From contig JBDGUI010000011.1 in the NCBI GenBank assembly GCA_042216015.1, positions 1-64,000 on the forward strand: 64,000 nt of DNA, read 5' to 3'. Positions 50,328-59,615 of this stretch are shown here, in pieces. Every line of letters begins with the position of its first letter. Positions within the stretch are counted from its first letter, which is position 1. A model generated the notes under the pieces. That model searched no databases, was not told the DNA's origin, and saw only the letters and a program-made list of their open reading frames with translations. Position numbers and translations under genes: made by a program. Source of the stretch: Halodesulfurarchaeum sp. GTDB taxonomy: Archaea; Halobacteriota; Halobacteria; Halobacteriales; Halobacteriaceae.

Positions 50328-51230
50328 TCAGTCCTCGAGGAGCTCCCTGAGCGATTCGATCCGGGAGCGCTGTTTGGAGATGGCGGCCCGCTGGGACTCG
50401 ATGGTGGCCTCCTGCTCGTCGAGTGCCGCCTCGAGTTCGTCGAGTTCGGACTGGAGCGTCTCGGGATCGATGCTCGCCGCGGAGACGAAGACGACATCTT
50501 CGGAATCAGGTTCCCCAGCGGTTTCGGCACCAGCGGGGACCGTTTCGTCGTCGGTGGCCGACGCCTCGGCGGACGCGTCCCCCTCCTCCTCGGGAGACAC
50601 CGCCGCCTCGAAGGCCGCCTGATCCGGGACATCGTAGTACGCATAGAGCGCGTTCCTGGCGGTCTCCTCGACCTCCCTGAACCCCTCGTTCGGGGTCTTG
50701 ACCCGCTCGGTTCGGTCCGGGGTCTTCAACACGAGCTGTGAGGCCACGTTTCCCTGTTCGGTCTCGAGGCCCTGGATGTCGGCGAAGGGGACGGTGAGGA
50801 ACTCCTCGTCCCAGATTGCGGCCCCGACGTGCTTGATCAGCCGCCGGGTCGTCACCACGAGTGTCAGTTCACCGAACCGGAAGAACCCCTCCACGGATTC
50901 GTCGCCATCGATCACGCCAGTCTCGCGAAAGACCCCGGCGAGGATCGGTTCGAGCGCATCATCAAGGGCCGATCCCGGGACGGTGAGCGAGCGTTCACCG
51001 TCGGTCCCGTAATCGAGGGTGATGACCGTCTTCCGACGTTTCTCCGTCACGTCGATCCGCTCTGCCCCGTGCGGGTAGCTTTCGACCGATTCGTCGCTGA
51101 GAAACCCCTCCGAGTTGTAATGGATGGTCCGGGTGGGCGTCAGGAATAGCGCATTTTCACCCTTGAGCGGGACCCGATGGGTGACCGTCTCATCGCCGAG
51201 GGCCTCCTCGACGGCCGTCGGTACGTCCAT
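50328..51230 (-). CDS. Conserved haloarchaeal protein with two PH-like repeats and C-terminal coiled coil
   Basis: Repeated LFLTPTR/LVVTTRR units; heptad-rich LQSELDELEAALDEQ...LRELL. Confidence 0.8.
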   Translation of the reverse strand: MDVPTAVEEALGDETVTHRVPLKGENALFLTPTRTIHYNSEGFLSDESVESYPHGAERIDVTEKRRKTVITLDYGTDGERSLTVPGSALDDALEPILAGVFRETGVIDGDESVEGFFRFGELTLVVTTRRLIKHVGAAIWDEEFLTVPFADIQGLETEQGNVASQLVLKTPDRTERVKTPNEGFREVEETARNALYAYYDVPDQAAFEAAVSPEEEGDASAEASATDDETVPAGAETAGEPDSEDVVFVSAASIDPETLQSELDELEAALDEQEATIESQRAAISKQRSRIESLRELLED

Positions 51231-51322
51231 ACGGATAGGTCCCCCTCCCGTGTGATAAATTCGGCGGGTGAGCCGGTGGAGATACAAAGGTTTTAGAGGA
51301 GAACCATCTTAGCCGGTCGTGA

Positions 51323-51457
51323 GCCCGGGTGGCTTAGTGGTCATAGCGCCGCACTCATAGGGTTTCGAGCTTCGGTGTGGCACGCTCGCAGCTCAGGTCG
51401 ACCGAGCCTTGGACCTGGGACATGCGGAGGTCGAGGGTTCGAACCCCTCCCCGGGCA
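51323..51457 (+). tRNA. Elongator tRNA-Met(CAT) with intron (about 51360-51421)
   Basis: GCCCGGG...CCCGGGC-A acceptor; CCGCA-CTCATA-[62 nt]-A-TGCGG anticodon arm; GAGGG-TTCGAAC-CCCTC T arm. Intron is at the canonical 37/38 position. Confidence 0.93.
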
Positions 51458-51560
51458 TAAATCAAAACATTGACATTTTCGGCTTCGGATGGCATCGATT
51501 ACGTACCACGCCACGCAGAACGGGGCGGGCCATTGCTGGAAAGCTCGTTCGTTACTACCA

Positions 51561-52241
51561 TCAACGAGCAGTTGCCCGGGTTGCTGTTGCCTTGAACGAA
51601 GCGACGATCTGAGTTCCAGGATCAAGGCCGAGTTTCTCCTTGCTGTTTTCCGTCACCAGCGCGAATAGTGGAGACTCCGCACCCACGTCGAGAGTCACCT
51701 GAGAGATGACCTCACCTTCCTCGATATCACTCACCCGTCCATCGAATCTGTTGCGAGCACTCGTCGCATTTTCCGCGGGCACGTCTTCGGGATCGTGCAG
51801 GGTGACTGCATCTGCACGGAGACCGACCTGGACTGACTCCCCCTTGGCGGGGACGATGGCCCGTACTTCCCCAGCCTCCGTCTCGACGACGCCAAGTTCC
51901 CCGGTTCGGTCCAGGACAGTACCCTCGAGGACCGCCTCTTTTGTCTCTGCCACCGAGGAAAACCCAGTCTGGAGGCGTTCGAATGTGGCGAGTAACTCGT
52001 GGGCCTGGTCGGTGAGGGTGCTGCCGCCACCATCCGACCCGCCCCGCTGTCGTTCGACTAGCGTACCGAACGCTTCCTCCAATGCCGTCACCCGTTGGTG
52101 ACATCGAGAGTAGGAACGTCCGAGTTCATCGGAGGCCTTGTGGATAGACCCGATCTCATCGACTGCTCTCAGTAAGTTCGCGTCCCGCTCAGTAAACTCC
52201 ACGTCATCTGCCCGAAGTTGAGCAGCGAATCCTGCGTCCAT
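51561..52241 (-). CDS. modE: ModE-like regulator (HTH + TOBE/Mop domain)
   Basis: LLRAVDEIGSIHKASDELGRSY, RGGSDGGGSTLT, TSARNRF.G, ASFKAT. Confidence 0.9.
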   Translation of the reverse strand: MDAGFAAQLRADDVEFTERDANLLRAVDEIGSIHKASDELGRSYSRCHQRVTALEEAFGTLVERQRGGSDGGGSTLTDQAHELLATFERLQTGFSSVAETKEAVLEGTVLDRTGELGVVETEAGEVRAIVPAKGESVQVGLRADAVTLHDPEDVPAENATSARNRFDGRVSDIEEGEVISQVTLDVGAESPLFALVTENSKEKLGLDPGTQIVASFKATATRATAR

Positions 52242-52271
52242 ACGCAGTGTTGGCAACCAAGGAGCAAAACA

Positions 52272-52293
52272 GTTATGCCGAAGTCGAAATAAC
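52272..52293. promoter_or_regulatory. Putative ModE-type operator
   Basis: GTTAT-N12-ATAAC inverted repeat in the 58-bp divergent gap between modE and wtpA. Confidence 0.65.
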
Positions 52294-52299
52294 GGCAGT

Positions 52300-53358
52300 A
52301 TGTCTATGACGGAACAACGTACCCGACGTGCGTTTCTCGGCAGTGTGGGAGCGGCAGCAACGGTAGGCCTCGCCGGCTGTACAGGTGGCAATAGTGGCGG
52401 GGAAGGGGGCGAGAAAACGACAAAAAAGACCACGACGAAGTCGGTTCCCGGCGACGGCGACATGATGATCTTCCACGCGGGGAGTCTCGCGCCACCGTTC
52501 TCCGCTGCGGAACCAAAATTCGAGGAGAAGACCGGGATTCAGGTAACCCGCGAGCCGAAAGGGTCGGTCGCCTCAACAAAGAAGATCACGCAGCAGGGTC
52601 GGAAGGCCGACGTCCTCGGCGTCTCCGACTTCCGTCTTATCCGCGACCGCGTCCTCCCGAAGTACGGCAACTGGTACAGCATCTTCGCAACGAACGCGAT
52701 GTCGATCCAGTATCATGAGGACTCGAAGGGCGCCGACGACATCTCGAAGGACAACTGGGGGGAGGTTCTCTCTCGAGACGGCGTCACCATCGGACACGCC
52801 GACCCAGCCGTCGACCCCGGTGGCTACCGCGCGGTGATGAGCCAGCAGCTCGGGAAAATCCCGTTCAACGGGGAGCAGCTCTACGACGACGCGACCTATC
52901 AGAAGCTCCGCGAGAACTCCGTGGTGCCGACGGGAACAGAGACGAAGCTCGAAGGACAGCTCAAATCTGGGAAACTCGACTACGCGATCTACTACCAGTC
53001 CATCAGTTCGACCACGGACATGCCGTGGATCGACCTCCAGCCAGCGGTTGACCTCTCGAAAGCGACCACCGAGTACGCGAAACACTACGCGAAGGCGAAA
53101 GTCGAGACGGACTCCGGGACGTTCACGGGGGCGCCAATCGCCTATGGCCTCACCGTCCCCTCGGTCGCAGCGTCCCCCGAACTCGGCGCGCGCTGGGTGG
53201 AGTATTTCGCCACGAAGCCGGGGAAGCAGATTCTGAAGAACAAGGGCCTCCAGCCGGTCTCGCCCTTCGTCGTTCCCGAATCCGCGACGGACGCCGTTCC
53301 CGACCGCGTCATGAAGCAGGCGACCTCGAAGAAAAACCTGGGCCCGCTCGAGCTGTAA
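52300..53358 (+). CDS. wtpA: Tungstate/molybdate ABC transporter substrate-binding protein (WtpA-type), Tat lipoprotein
   Basis: TRRAFL..LAGC; FHAGSL, GSV, DPGGYR, ET.L, DYAIYY.S, PIAYGLTVP. Confidence 0.9.
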   Translation: MSMTEQRTRRAFLGSVGAAATVGLAGCTGGNSGGEGGEKTTKKTTTKSVPGDGDMMIFHAGSLAPPFSAAEPKFEEKTGIQVTREPKGSVASTKKITQQGRKADVLGVSDFRLIRDRVLPKYGNWYSIFATNAMSIQYHEDSKGADDISKDNWGEVLSRDGVTIGHADPAVDPGGYRAVMSQQLGKIPFNGEQLYDDATYQKLRENSVVPTGTETKLEGQLKSGKLDYAIYYQSISSTTDMPWIDLQPAVDLSKATTEYAKHYAKAKVETDSGTFTGAPIAYGLTVPSVAASPELGARWVEYFATKPGKQILKNKGLQPVSPFVVPESATDAVPDRVMKQATSKKNLGPLEL

Positions 53359-53394
53359 TCGACTGCCGAAGGTCGACCCACCATCCCACTATTC

Positions 53395-54351
53395 ATGTCT
53401 CTTCCCACGCGTACTGGCTATGAACGCATCGCGCTTCTCCTGGCGGTGATAACCGTGCAGATTGTCGCGTTCGCGCTCGCATACGCGATTGATCGACCGA
53501 CACTATACGCCGCGTTCATGGTAATCTCCGCGGTGGCACTAGCCTACGGAGCTGAAGGTGGTATTGCGGGGATGGCCGCAGCAGCACTCGGGACCGTGCT
53601 ACTCATCGCATTGACGTTCCCGCTGATGCTGTTTACCGCCCGACAGAACCCCTCGCTCGTCGTCGAGAAGCTCCTCGACCCCGAAGTCCACAAGATGCTC
53701 TACCTCTCGATCTATGCCCCGTTGCTTGCGGCCGTCTTCGCTCTTCTGACCGGAATCCCGCTGGCCTATCTCCTCGCGCGAGGCTTCCCTGGATCGGCGC
53801 TCGTCCAGAGCCTGGTCGACTTGCCGCTCGTCGTTCCTCACTCGGTCGCAGGAATCATCATCCTCTTTGGCTTCGGAAAGGGTGGTGCGTTTCCACAGCT
53901 CTCCATCCTCGGGACGATCGTGGGGGCAGTTCTCGCAATGACCTTCGTCTCCGCCCCATTCGCGGTGAACAGTGCCCGGGAGGCGTTCGAGACGTTGGAT
54001 CGACGAATCGAATACGCCGCCCGCATCCACGGCGCGAATTCGTTGAGTACGTTCCGACGAATCTCGTTGCCACTCGCTGCGCGTGGCATTCTCACAGGCG
54101 GCGTCCTGGCCTGGGCGCGGGCCGTCTCCGAGTTCGGCGCTGTCGCCATCGTCGCCTACACGGTCAAATTCTTTTATCCCCTGGCGGGGAAGAAGGTCTT
54201 CGGTGCGCACGCCCCGGTGTTCATCTATAAGAGCTACCTGACCGGGTCGTTGGCCGAGAGCGGCGCGGTCGCATTCATCCTGCTCGTCGTGAGTATCGCC
54301 ATCTTCGTACTCATTCGTAGCATCGCCCAGGACGGAGGGAAGGTCCTATGA
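53395..54351 (+). CDS. wtpB: Tungstate/molybdate ABC transporter permease
   Basis: DLPLVVPHSVAG, EAA-like loop EYAARIHGA, WARAVSEFGA. Confidence 0.9.
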   Translation: MSLPTRTGYERIALLLAVITVQIVAFALAYAIDRPTLYAAFMVISAVALAYGAEGGIAGMAAAALGTVLLIALTFPLMLFTARQNPSLVVEKLLDPEVHKMLYLSIYAPLLAAVFALLTGIPLAYLLARGFPGSALVQSLVDLPLVVPHSVAGIIILFGFGKGGAFPQLSILGTIVGAVLAMTFVSAPFAVNSAREAFETLDRRIEYAARIHGANSLSTFRRISLPLAARGILTGGVLAWARAVSEFGAVAIVAYTVKFFYPLAGKKVFGAHAPVFIYKSYLTGSLAESGAVAFILLVVSIAIFVLIRSIAQDGGKVL

Positions 54352-55289
54352 AACTCGACGCTGCCATCCGGTCCACATTCACCACCGAGGGAGCAGAACC
54401 CTTCGATGTGGACGCTTCCGTCGAGGTTGCAGAGGGCGAAACGCTCGTCATTCTCGGCCCGAGCGGGAGCGGGAAGACCCTCCTCCTCGAGTCGATTGCT
54501 GGCTTCCACCGCCACGAGGGTCACGTCCGCCTCGATGACCGTGATATCACCGATGCGCCACCCGAGAAGCGCGGTTTCGGCTTCGTCTTCCAGGACTACG
54601 GCCTCTTCCCGCACATGACTGTCCGCGAGAACGTCGCCTTCGGCGAGCAGTATCACGAGGACACACGCGATCCCGAAGAGCTCCTCGAGTCATTGGACGT
54701 GGTACATCTCGCCGATCGTTCGCCACCGACCCTTTCAGGCGGAGAGCAACAACGGGTCGCGCTCGCACGCTCGCTGGCGGTCCGGCCTGACGCGATGCTC
54801 CTCGACGAACCGCTCTCCGCACTCGACGTCCCCACGCGACAGGCGCTTCGTGACGATCTCGCCGAGTCACTCACGGACGTGACGAGCGTGTATGTCACAC
54901 ACAACCGAACGACTGCCCGGGCGATCGGGGACCGAATCGCCGTCATGCGCGACGGCGAAATCGTCCAGACCGGCACACCCACCGGGATCTTCGAGTCACC
55001 GGCAACTCCCTATATCGCACGGTTCGTCGGTGCGAACGTCCTTCCAGCCGCTCGGTTCGATCGCGATACAGAGGCTGTCGCCATTCGGCCCGAACACGTC
55101 GAGATAACCGCACCAGATGTTGGGAAACGGGCCACTGTCGAACGCGTCGCCCACGAGGACGCCGCCTCTCGCGTCGTCCTCGACTGGGACGGCGAGCGTG
55201 TCGAGGCATTTTCGACCGAACCGCCGACGGTTGGGACGACCGTCGGAATCGATTTCCCGGACGAGAACATCACAGCCCTCAGAAAGTAG
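54348..55289 (+). CDS. wtpC: Tungstate/molybdate ABC transporter ATP-binding protein
   Basis: GPSGSGKT, LSGGEQQR, LLDEP, VTH, C-terminal TOBE-like region. Confidence 0.9.
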   Translation: MKLDAAIRSTFTTEGAEPFDVDASVEVAEGETLVILGPSGSGKTLLLESIAGFHRHEGHVRLDDRDITDAPPEKRGFGFVFQDYGLFPHMTVRENVAFGEQYHEDTRDPEELLESLDVVHLADRSPPTLSGGEQQRVALARSLAVRPDAMLLDEPLSALDVPTRQALRDDLAESLTDVTSVYVTHNRTTARAIGDRIAVMRDGEIVQTGTPTGIFESPATPYIARFVGANVLPAARFDRDTEAVAIRPEHVEITAPDVGKRATVERVAHEDAASRVVLDWDGERVEAFSTEPPTVGTTVGIDFPDENITALRK

Positions 55290-55346
55290 CCCCCACAGCC
55301 CCAGGTGGCTGGATGAGAGTCACTTCGGACGGGTGACGGGCCCTGA

Positions 55347-55554
55347 TCAATCCGTCTCGACCATCACTTCGGTGGCTTTGATCACCGCGTTGACTTCCTC
55401 ACCCTCGGACAGTCCGAGTCGGTCGGCTGATCCACTCGTGATTGTGGCTGCGACGATCTGGCCGTCGCCCAGTTCGATTTCGACCTCCGCCATGACCCGA
55501 GGTTTCGACCGAGCGGACAGTCCCAGCGAGGTGATTCCGTGCACTCAATGGCAT
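55347..55554 (-). pseudogene. Molbindin (Mop/TOBE) gene with a frameshift near 55495
   Basis: MPLSARNHLAGTVRSVETS in one frame, VMAEVEIEL...ITSGSADRLGL..G..V.AVIKATEVMV in another; 208 bp total. Confidence 0.85.
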
Positions 55555-55666
55555 GTCCGAGTATAGCACCCGGACTCGAGTAAGGGTATCGCCAATCGAA
55601 TACGACCCCCTGCGATGAGCGGGTCTTCAGTTGGCGGTTGGCGATCCGGAACGAGGGGTACCCGTC

Positions 55667-56095
55667 TCAGGACCCCGTCTTGACGACGAGGGTGTCACCC
55701 AGGCGATCGCCGAGGCGCTGTGAGTCCCCCGAGAGCAGCATGAGGACGATCCCGACGGCGTAGAACACCGGAAGGCCGTCGACGATCCTGAGGAGGTTCC
55801 GCACCGCCGCCGATTTCGTGTCGCTCGTTCGGCCGTTCGATTTGACCACCGCAATGCCCATGACTCGCTTTCCAACCGTCTGGCCGCCCGCTCCTTCGAG
55901 GGCAATGAAGTACACCAGGCCACCGGCGCCGGCCAGCAATCCGGTCAACCCAATCGCCCGGGGAGCGATCATCGTGAGGAGTCCGAGGAGCAGTGCAGTC
56001 CCGAGGGCGATCACCACCCCGTCGAGGAGAAACGCGATCGCTCGCGAGAGGATGGAGGCGGGCTGTCCGTCGCGTCGTGGTTTCGCTCGCACCAT
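55667..56095 (-). CDS. RDD family membrane protein
   Basis: RAIAFLLD, GQTVGKR..G, RNLLRIVD, QRLGD...T.VV. Confidence 0.92.
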   Translation of the reverse strand: MVRAKPRRDGQPASILSRAIAFLLDGVVIALGTALLLGLLTMIAPRAIGLTGLLAGAGGLVYFIALEGAGGQTVGKRVMGIAVVKSNGRTSDTKSAAVRNLLRIVDGLPVFYAVGIVLMLLSGDSQRLGDRLGDTLVVKTGS

Positions 56096-56316
56096 GGACC
56101 GGCATGGCCCCGCCATGCGCGATAAACCCTCGCCTCTCGGGGCCGAAATCGAAGAGACGGGACGAGAAAGCTCGATGAATCGTTTCGAGCACGCAGCGTG
56201 GGCGATTAAATGACCTGAAACGAGCGCTCGCAGGTCGAACGTGGCTGAACTGATCCGAAGGTTCTGGACCCTATATGATCCCAGGACCCCACGGTTCAGG
56301 TGTGACGGTGTCCCCA

Positions 56317-56550
56317 ATGTCAACCCAGTCCTCCACCCCAGATTCGCCCCCGACCAACCCTCCCGGATCCGACATGCTCCTCCAGCCGGTCGAAGCCGCC
56401 GGCTTCTGGGCCGGCGTTGCACTGCCCTTCATCTACGTCCCCCTGATCCTCCGGGGTCTCGAAACGCCGACGATCCAGCTCACGGTCGGCGTGCTGATCG
56501 CCGCCCACGTCCTGGCACTCGTGCTCGGTCGCCACCACAACGCCGACTGA
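56317..56550 (+). CDS. Small two-TM haloarchaeal membrane protein
   Basis: AAGFWAGVALPFIYVPL...HVLALVLG. Confidence 0.75.
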   Translation: MSTQSSTPDSPPTNPPGSDMLLQPVEAAGFWAGVALPFIYVPLILRGLETPTIQLTVGVLIAAHVLALVLGRHHNAD

Positions 56551-56588
56551 GTGACGCCTTTTTGTCGGCTCCAGCAGTAGCCGGGGGT

Positions 56589-57560
56589 ATGGACCTGGCG
56601 ACAGTCCCGCTTGGCAGAACCGGCACCCGGGTCTCCGAGATCGCCTTTGGGACCTGGCGGTTCGGCCGCGAGGACGACTCCGGCGCGATCGAGATCGGAC
56701 GCGAACAGGCCCATCGCCTCCTCGACACGTACGAGGCCGCAGGGGGGCGATTCATCGACACCGCGGACATGTACGGCGATGGCCGCGCGGAGGAGTACAT
56801 CGGTGACTGGCTCGCGGAGCGTGATCGGGAGGACTTCGTGATCGCCTCGAAGATCTACTGGCCGACCCGCGAGGGGGACCCGAACGGGCGCGGGCTCGGG
56901 CGCAAACACCTCCGTCGCCAGATCGACCTGATCCTCGACCGACTTGGCACCGACTACGTCGACCTGCTCTACATCCACCGCTGGGACGACTCGACCCCTG
57001 CGGCGGAGTTCATGCGCACCCTGAACGACTTCGTTCGGCGGGGTTCGGTCAACTACCTCGGTGCCTCGACGCTCGAACCGAACGCGTGGAAGGTCGTGAA
57101 GGCAAACGAAATCGCCCGCCGTGAGGGCTACGAGCCATTCACGGTGGTCCAACCCCGGTACAACGCCGCAAACCGGGAGATCGAGGGGCCCTACCTCGAG
57201 ATGTGCCACGAATACGAACTGGGGGTCATTCCCTGGTCGCCGCTCGCTGGCGGCTTTTTGAGCGGGAAGTACACCCGAGGCGAGGAGCCACCACCGGGTT
57301 CCCGTGGGGCGACCGACAAGCAGTTCGTCGACTCCTACCTGACACCGGAGAACTTCGACGTGCTCGAGGAGATCGAGGCCGTGGCCGGGGAGATCGAGGC
57401 CACTCCGGCCCAGGTCAGTCTCGCCTGGCTGCTCCACCACGAGCAGGTCGTCGCCCCGATCGCGGGGGCCACGTCGATCGAACAACTCGAGGAGGACCTC
57501 CGGGCGACCCGGATCGAACTGGACGACGGGCAGTTCGAACGGATCGCGACCGCGAAGTGA
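56589..57560 (+). CDS. Aldo/keto reductase
   Basis: FIDTADMYG, IASK, DYVDLLYIH, PWSPLAGG.L. Confidence 0.95.
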   Translation: MDLATVPLGRTGTRVSEIAFGTWRFGREDDSGAIEIGREQAHRLLDTYEAAGGRFIDTADMYGDGRAEEYIGDWLAERDREDFVIASKIYWPTREGDPNGRGLGRKHLRRQIDLILDRLGTDYVDLLYIHRWDDSTPAAEFMRTLNDFVRRGSVNYLGASTLEPNAWKVVKANEIARREGYEPFTVVQPRYNAANREIEGPYLEMCHEYELGVIPWSPLAGGFLSGKYTRGEEPPPGSRGATDKQFVDSYLTPENFDVLEEIEAVAGEIEATPAQVSLAWLLHHEQVVAPIAGATSIEQLEEDLRATRIELDDGQFERIATAK

Positions 57561-58040
57561 TCAGACCCGCTCGAGGATCGTCTCCTCGTACTGGGTGTCA
57601 CCGATCGTGGTCCCATCGGTGTCGATGCGGGAGAACCCCCGGTCCTCGTAGAACTCCTGCATGTGGGAATTCGCCTCCAGGACGGTTGCACGGATACCCT
57701 CGCGATCGGCCTCGAAGTCCGCGGCGATCGCCTCGAAGAGTGCGGCCTCGACCCCCGCGTCCCGATGGGCCGGATCGACGTGTAGTCGGAGGATCGTACC
57801 CACTTGACCGGATCGATGGGCATGGACGAACCCGACGATGTCACCGTCACGCTCGGCGACTCGAAGGTCAGTCCCCGGATTCGAGAGTTCCATCCGGACG
57901 ACCGGGTCGCTGTACCAGTGATTCACGCCCGACTCGATCGTGTCCTCGTCCACCCGTCCCGCGTAATCCGTCCGCCAGGCAGCCTCGGCCACCTGCCGTA
58001 TCCCCGCGATGTCCTCCTCCGTGGCCTCGCGAACGTTCAT
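57561..58040 (-). CDS. GNAT family N-acetyltransferase
   Basis: VREAT..D, LHVDPAHRDAGV, N...FYEDRGF. Confidence 0.88.
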   Translation of the reverse strand: MNVREATEEDIAGIRQVAEAAWRTDYAGRVDEDTIESGVNHWYSDPVVRMELSNPGTDLRVAERDGDIVGFVHAHRSGQVGTILRLHVDPAHRDAGVEAALFEAIAADFEADREGIRATVLEANSHMQEFYEDRGFSRIDTDGTTIGDTQYEETILERV

Positions 58041-58065
58041 GCCACGAGATAGGCCGTCGACTCCC

Positions 58066-58998
58066 TTAGTCCTCCCGTCCCAGCACCTCGCCGAGGCCAG
58101 CCAGTTCCCGAGCGATCGCCTCCCGCTTGATGAGCCAGAAGCCGGCGAGGATGATCAGGAAACCGGCCCCAGTCCGCAGAGAGACCGATTCCCCGAGGAC
58201 GACCCAGCCAGAAAGCGCTGCCCAGATCGGGGCGGCATAGGAGACGAGATTGATCTCGACCGGCCCGAGTCGATCGAGAAGGTCGAAGTAGATGAGAAAG
58301 CCGAGCGCGCTGGAGACGATCGCGAGGTAGCCGAGCGCGGCGAGTCCCTCCAGGCTCCACGTGACGGTCCCGGCCCCCTCCCCAAGGCCGAAACTGATCG
58401 CGTGAAGCAGGAGTGCTCCGATCACCATCGACCACGCCTCCATCGTCTCGATCGGGAGACTCGCCTCGAACGTCGTGGCGAGCACGCTCCCGAGGGCGAA
58501 GCTCACCGCGGCCATGAAGACGAGGAACTCCCCGACCGTCGCCGTCTCGAGAAGGGAGCCGAGATTCGGCTGGGCGATGATGACGACCCCCAGCAGTCCG
58601 AGTGTGAGACCCAGGATTCCCGTCGTCGAGAGCGCCCGTCCCGGGAGCATGACCCGCGCGAAGCCGGTCGTGAGGATCGGACTCAGGCTCACGACCACGG
58701 CGGCGACGGCACTCGTCGTCGAGAGTTCGCCGACGAACAGGAAGGCGTGGTAGCCGGCGATCATGAACACCCCGCCGACGATGCTCAACAGCCACTCCGC
58801 GCGCGTTTTCGGCCGCCACCGGTCGACGGCCAGAAGGGCGTACCCGAGCATCAACACCCCTGCGAGGTCGTAGCGGAGGGCCGCGAACAGGACCGGGGCT
58901 TCGGCGAACGATTCGAGCCCGGCCTTGATCGCCATGAACGCCGTCCCCCAGATCGCCGAGAGGAAGAGCCACGACAGCACGCTTCGAACTCGCGACAC
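58066..58998 (-). CDS. EamA/DMT family transporter
   Basis: About 10 TM segments with IWGTAF.AIK and LGE motifs; GTG start. Confidence 0.92.
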   Translation of the reverse strand: MSRVRSVLSWLFLSAIWGTAFMAIKAGLESFAEAPVLFAALRYDLAGVLMLGYALLAVDRWRPKTRAEWLLSIVGGVFMIAGYHAFLFVGELSTTSAVAAVVVSLSPILTTGFARVMLPGRALSTTGILGLTLGLLGVVIIAQPNLGSLLETATVGEFLVFMAAVSFALGSVLATTFEASLPIETMEAWSMVIGALLLHAISFGLGEGAGTVTWSLEGLAALGYLAIVSSALGFLIYFDLLDRLGPVEINLVSYAAPIWAALSGWVVLGESVSLRTGAGFLIILAGFWLIKREAIARELAGLGEVLGRED

Positions 58999-59024
58999 GA
59001 CTCCGCAGTGGTGGGTCGGGACTT

Positions 59025-59543
59025 TCAGGCTTCCGTCTCGTCGGCGAGCGAAGCGAGTTTTCCCGTCTCCTCGAGGTACGTGAGGACGTCCTGTCGGGTG
59101 ATGATGCCGTCGACGAACCCATCGGTCGTCACCGGAACCCGGTTGACGTTCGGCTCCCGGCGGGCGAGGATCTCGATGACGGTCTCGATGCCCGTCTCCG
59201 GGGAGACCGTGACGACGTCCTCGGTCATGACGGAGCTGATGGGGTCACCCGCGTGTCGCGCGAGGTCGATCTCGATGTCAAGATCGCCGAAGGAGGCCTC
59301 GATCGCGTAATCGACCGGTTCGAGGAAGGGCGGGAATCCGACCGGGATCCAGAGCGTGCGATCGGCGGGCTCGAAGATGCCAACGAGGTCCCGCTGGGTG
59401 ACGATTCCCACCAGTCGACCGTCGTCGTCGACGACGGGAAACCCGTTGAACGGGCGACTCGACAGCTTCTTCAGGACGTTGCCGACCGATTCGTCGTGCT
59501 GTACCGTTTCGACGTCGGCGGTCATCAACTCGCGAGCCTTCAT
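59025..59543 (-). CDS. CBS domain protein
   Basis: ARELMT, GFPVVD..G.LVGIVT..D, VMT..V, GIITRQD. Confidence 0.93.
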   Translation of the reverse strand: MKARELMTADVETVQHDESVGNVLKKLSSRPFNGFPVVDDDGRLVGIVTQRDLVGIFEPADRTLWIPVGFPPFLEPVDYAIEASFGDLDIEIDLARHAGDPISSVMTEDVVTVSPETGIETVIEILARREPNVNRVPVTTDGFVDGIITRQDVLTYLEETGKLASLADETEA

Positions 59544-59615
59544 GTCCGAGCTATCGGACCCGTGGGTCAAGAGTGTTGGCGGGATATTTATGAGGGAACC
59601 CGGGCAAGGTGGCGT

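Noticed and set aside
55290..55660. attR / tRNA-Met 3' duplication or integrase closing the W/Mo cassette
   Set aside because: No copy of GAACCCCTCCCCGGGCA and no recombinase remnant seen.
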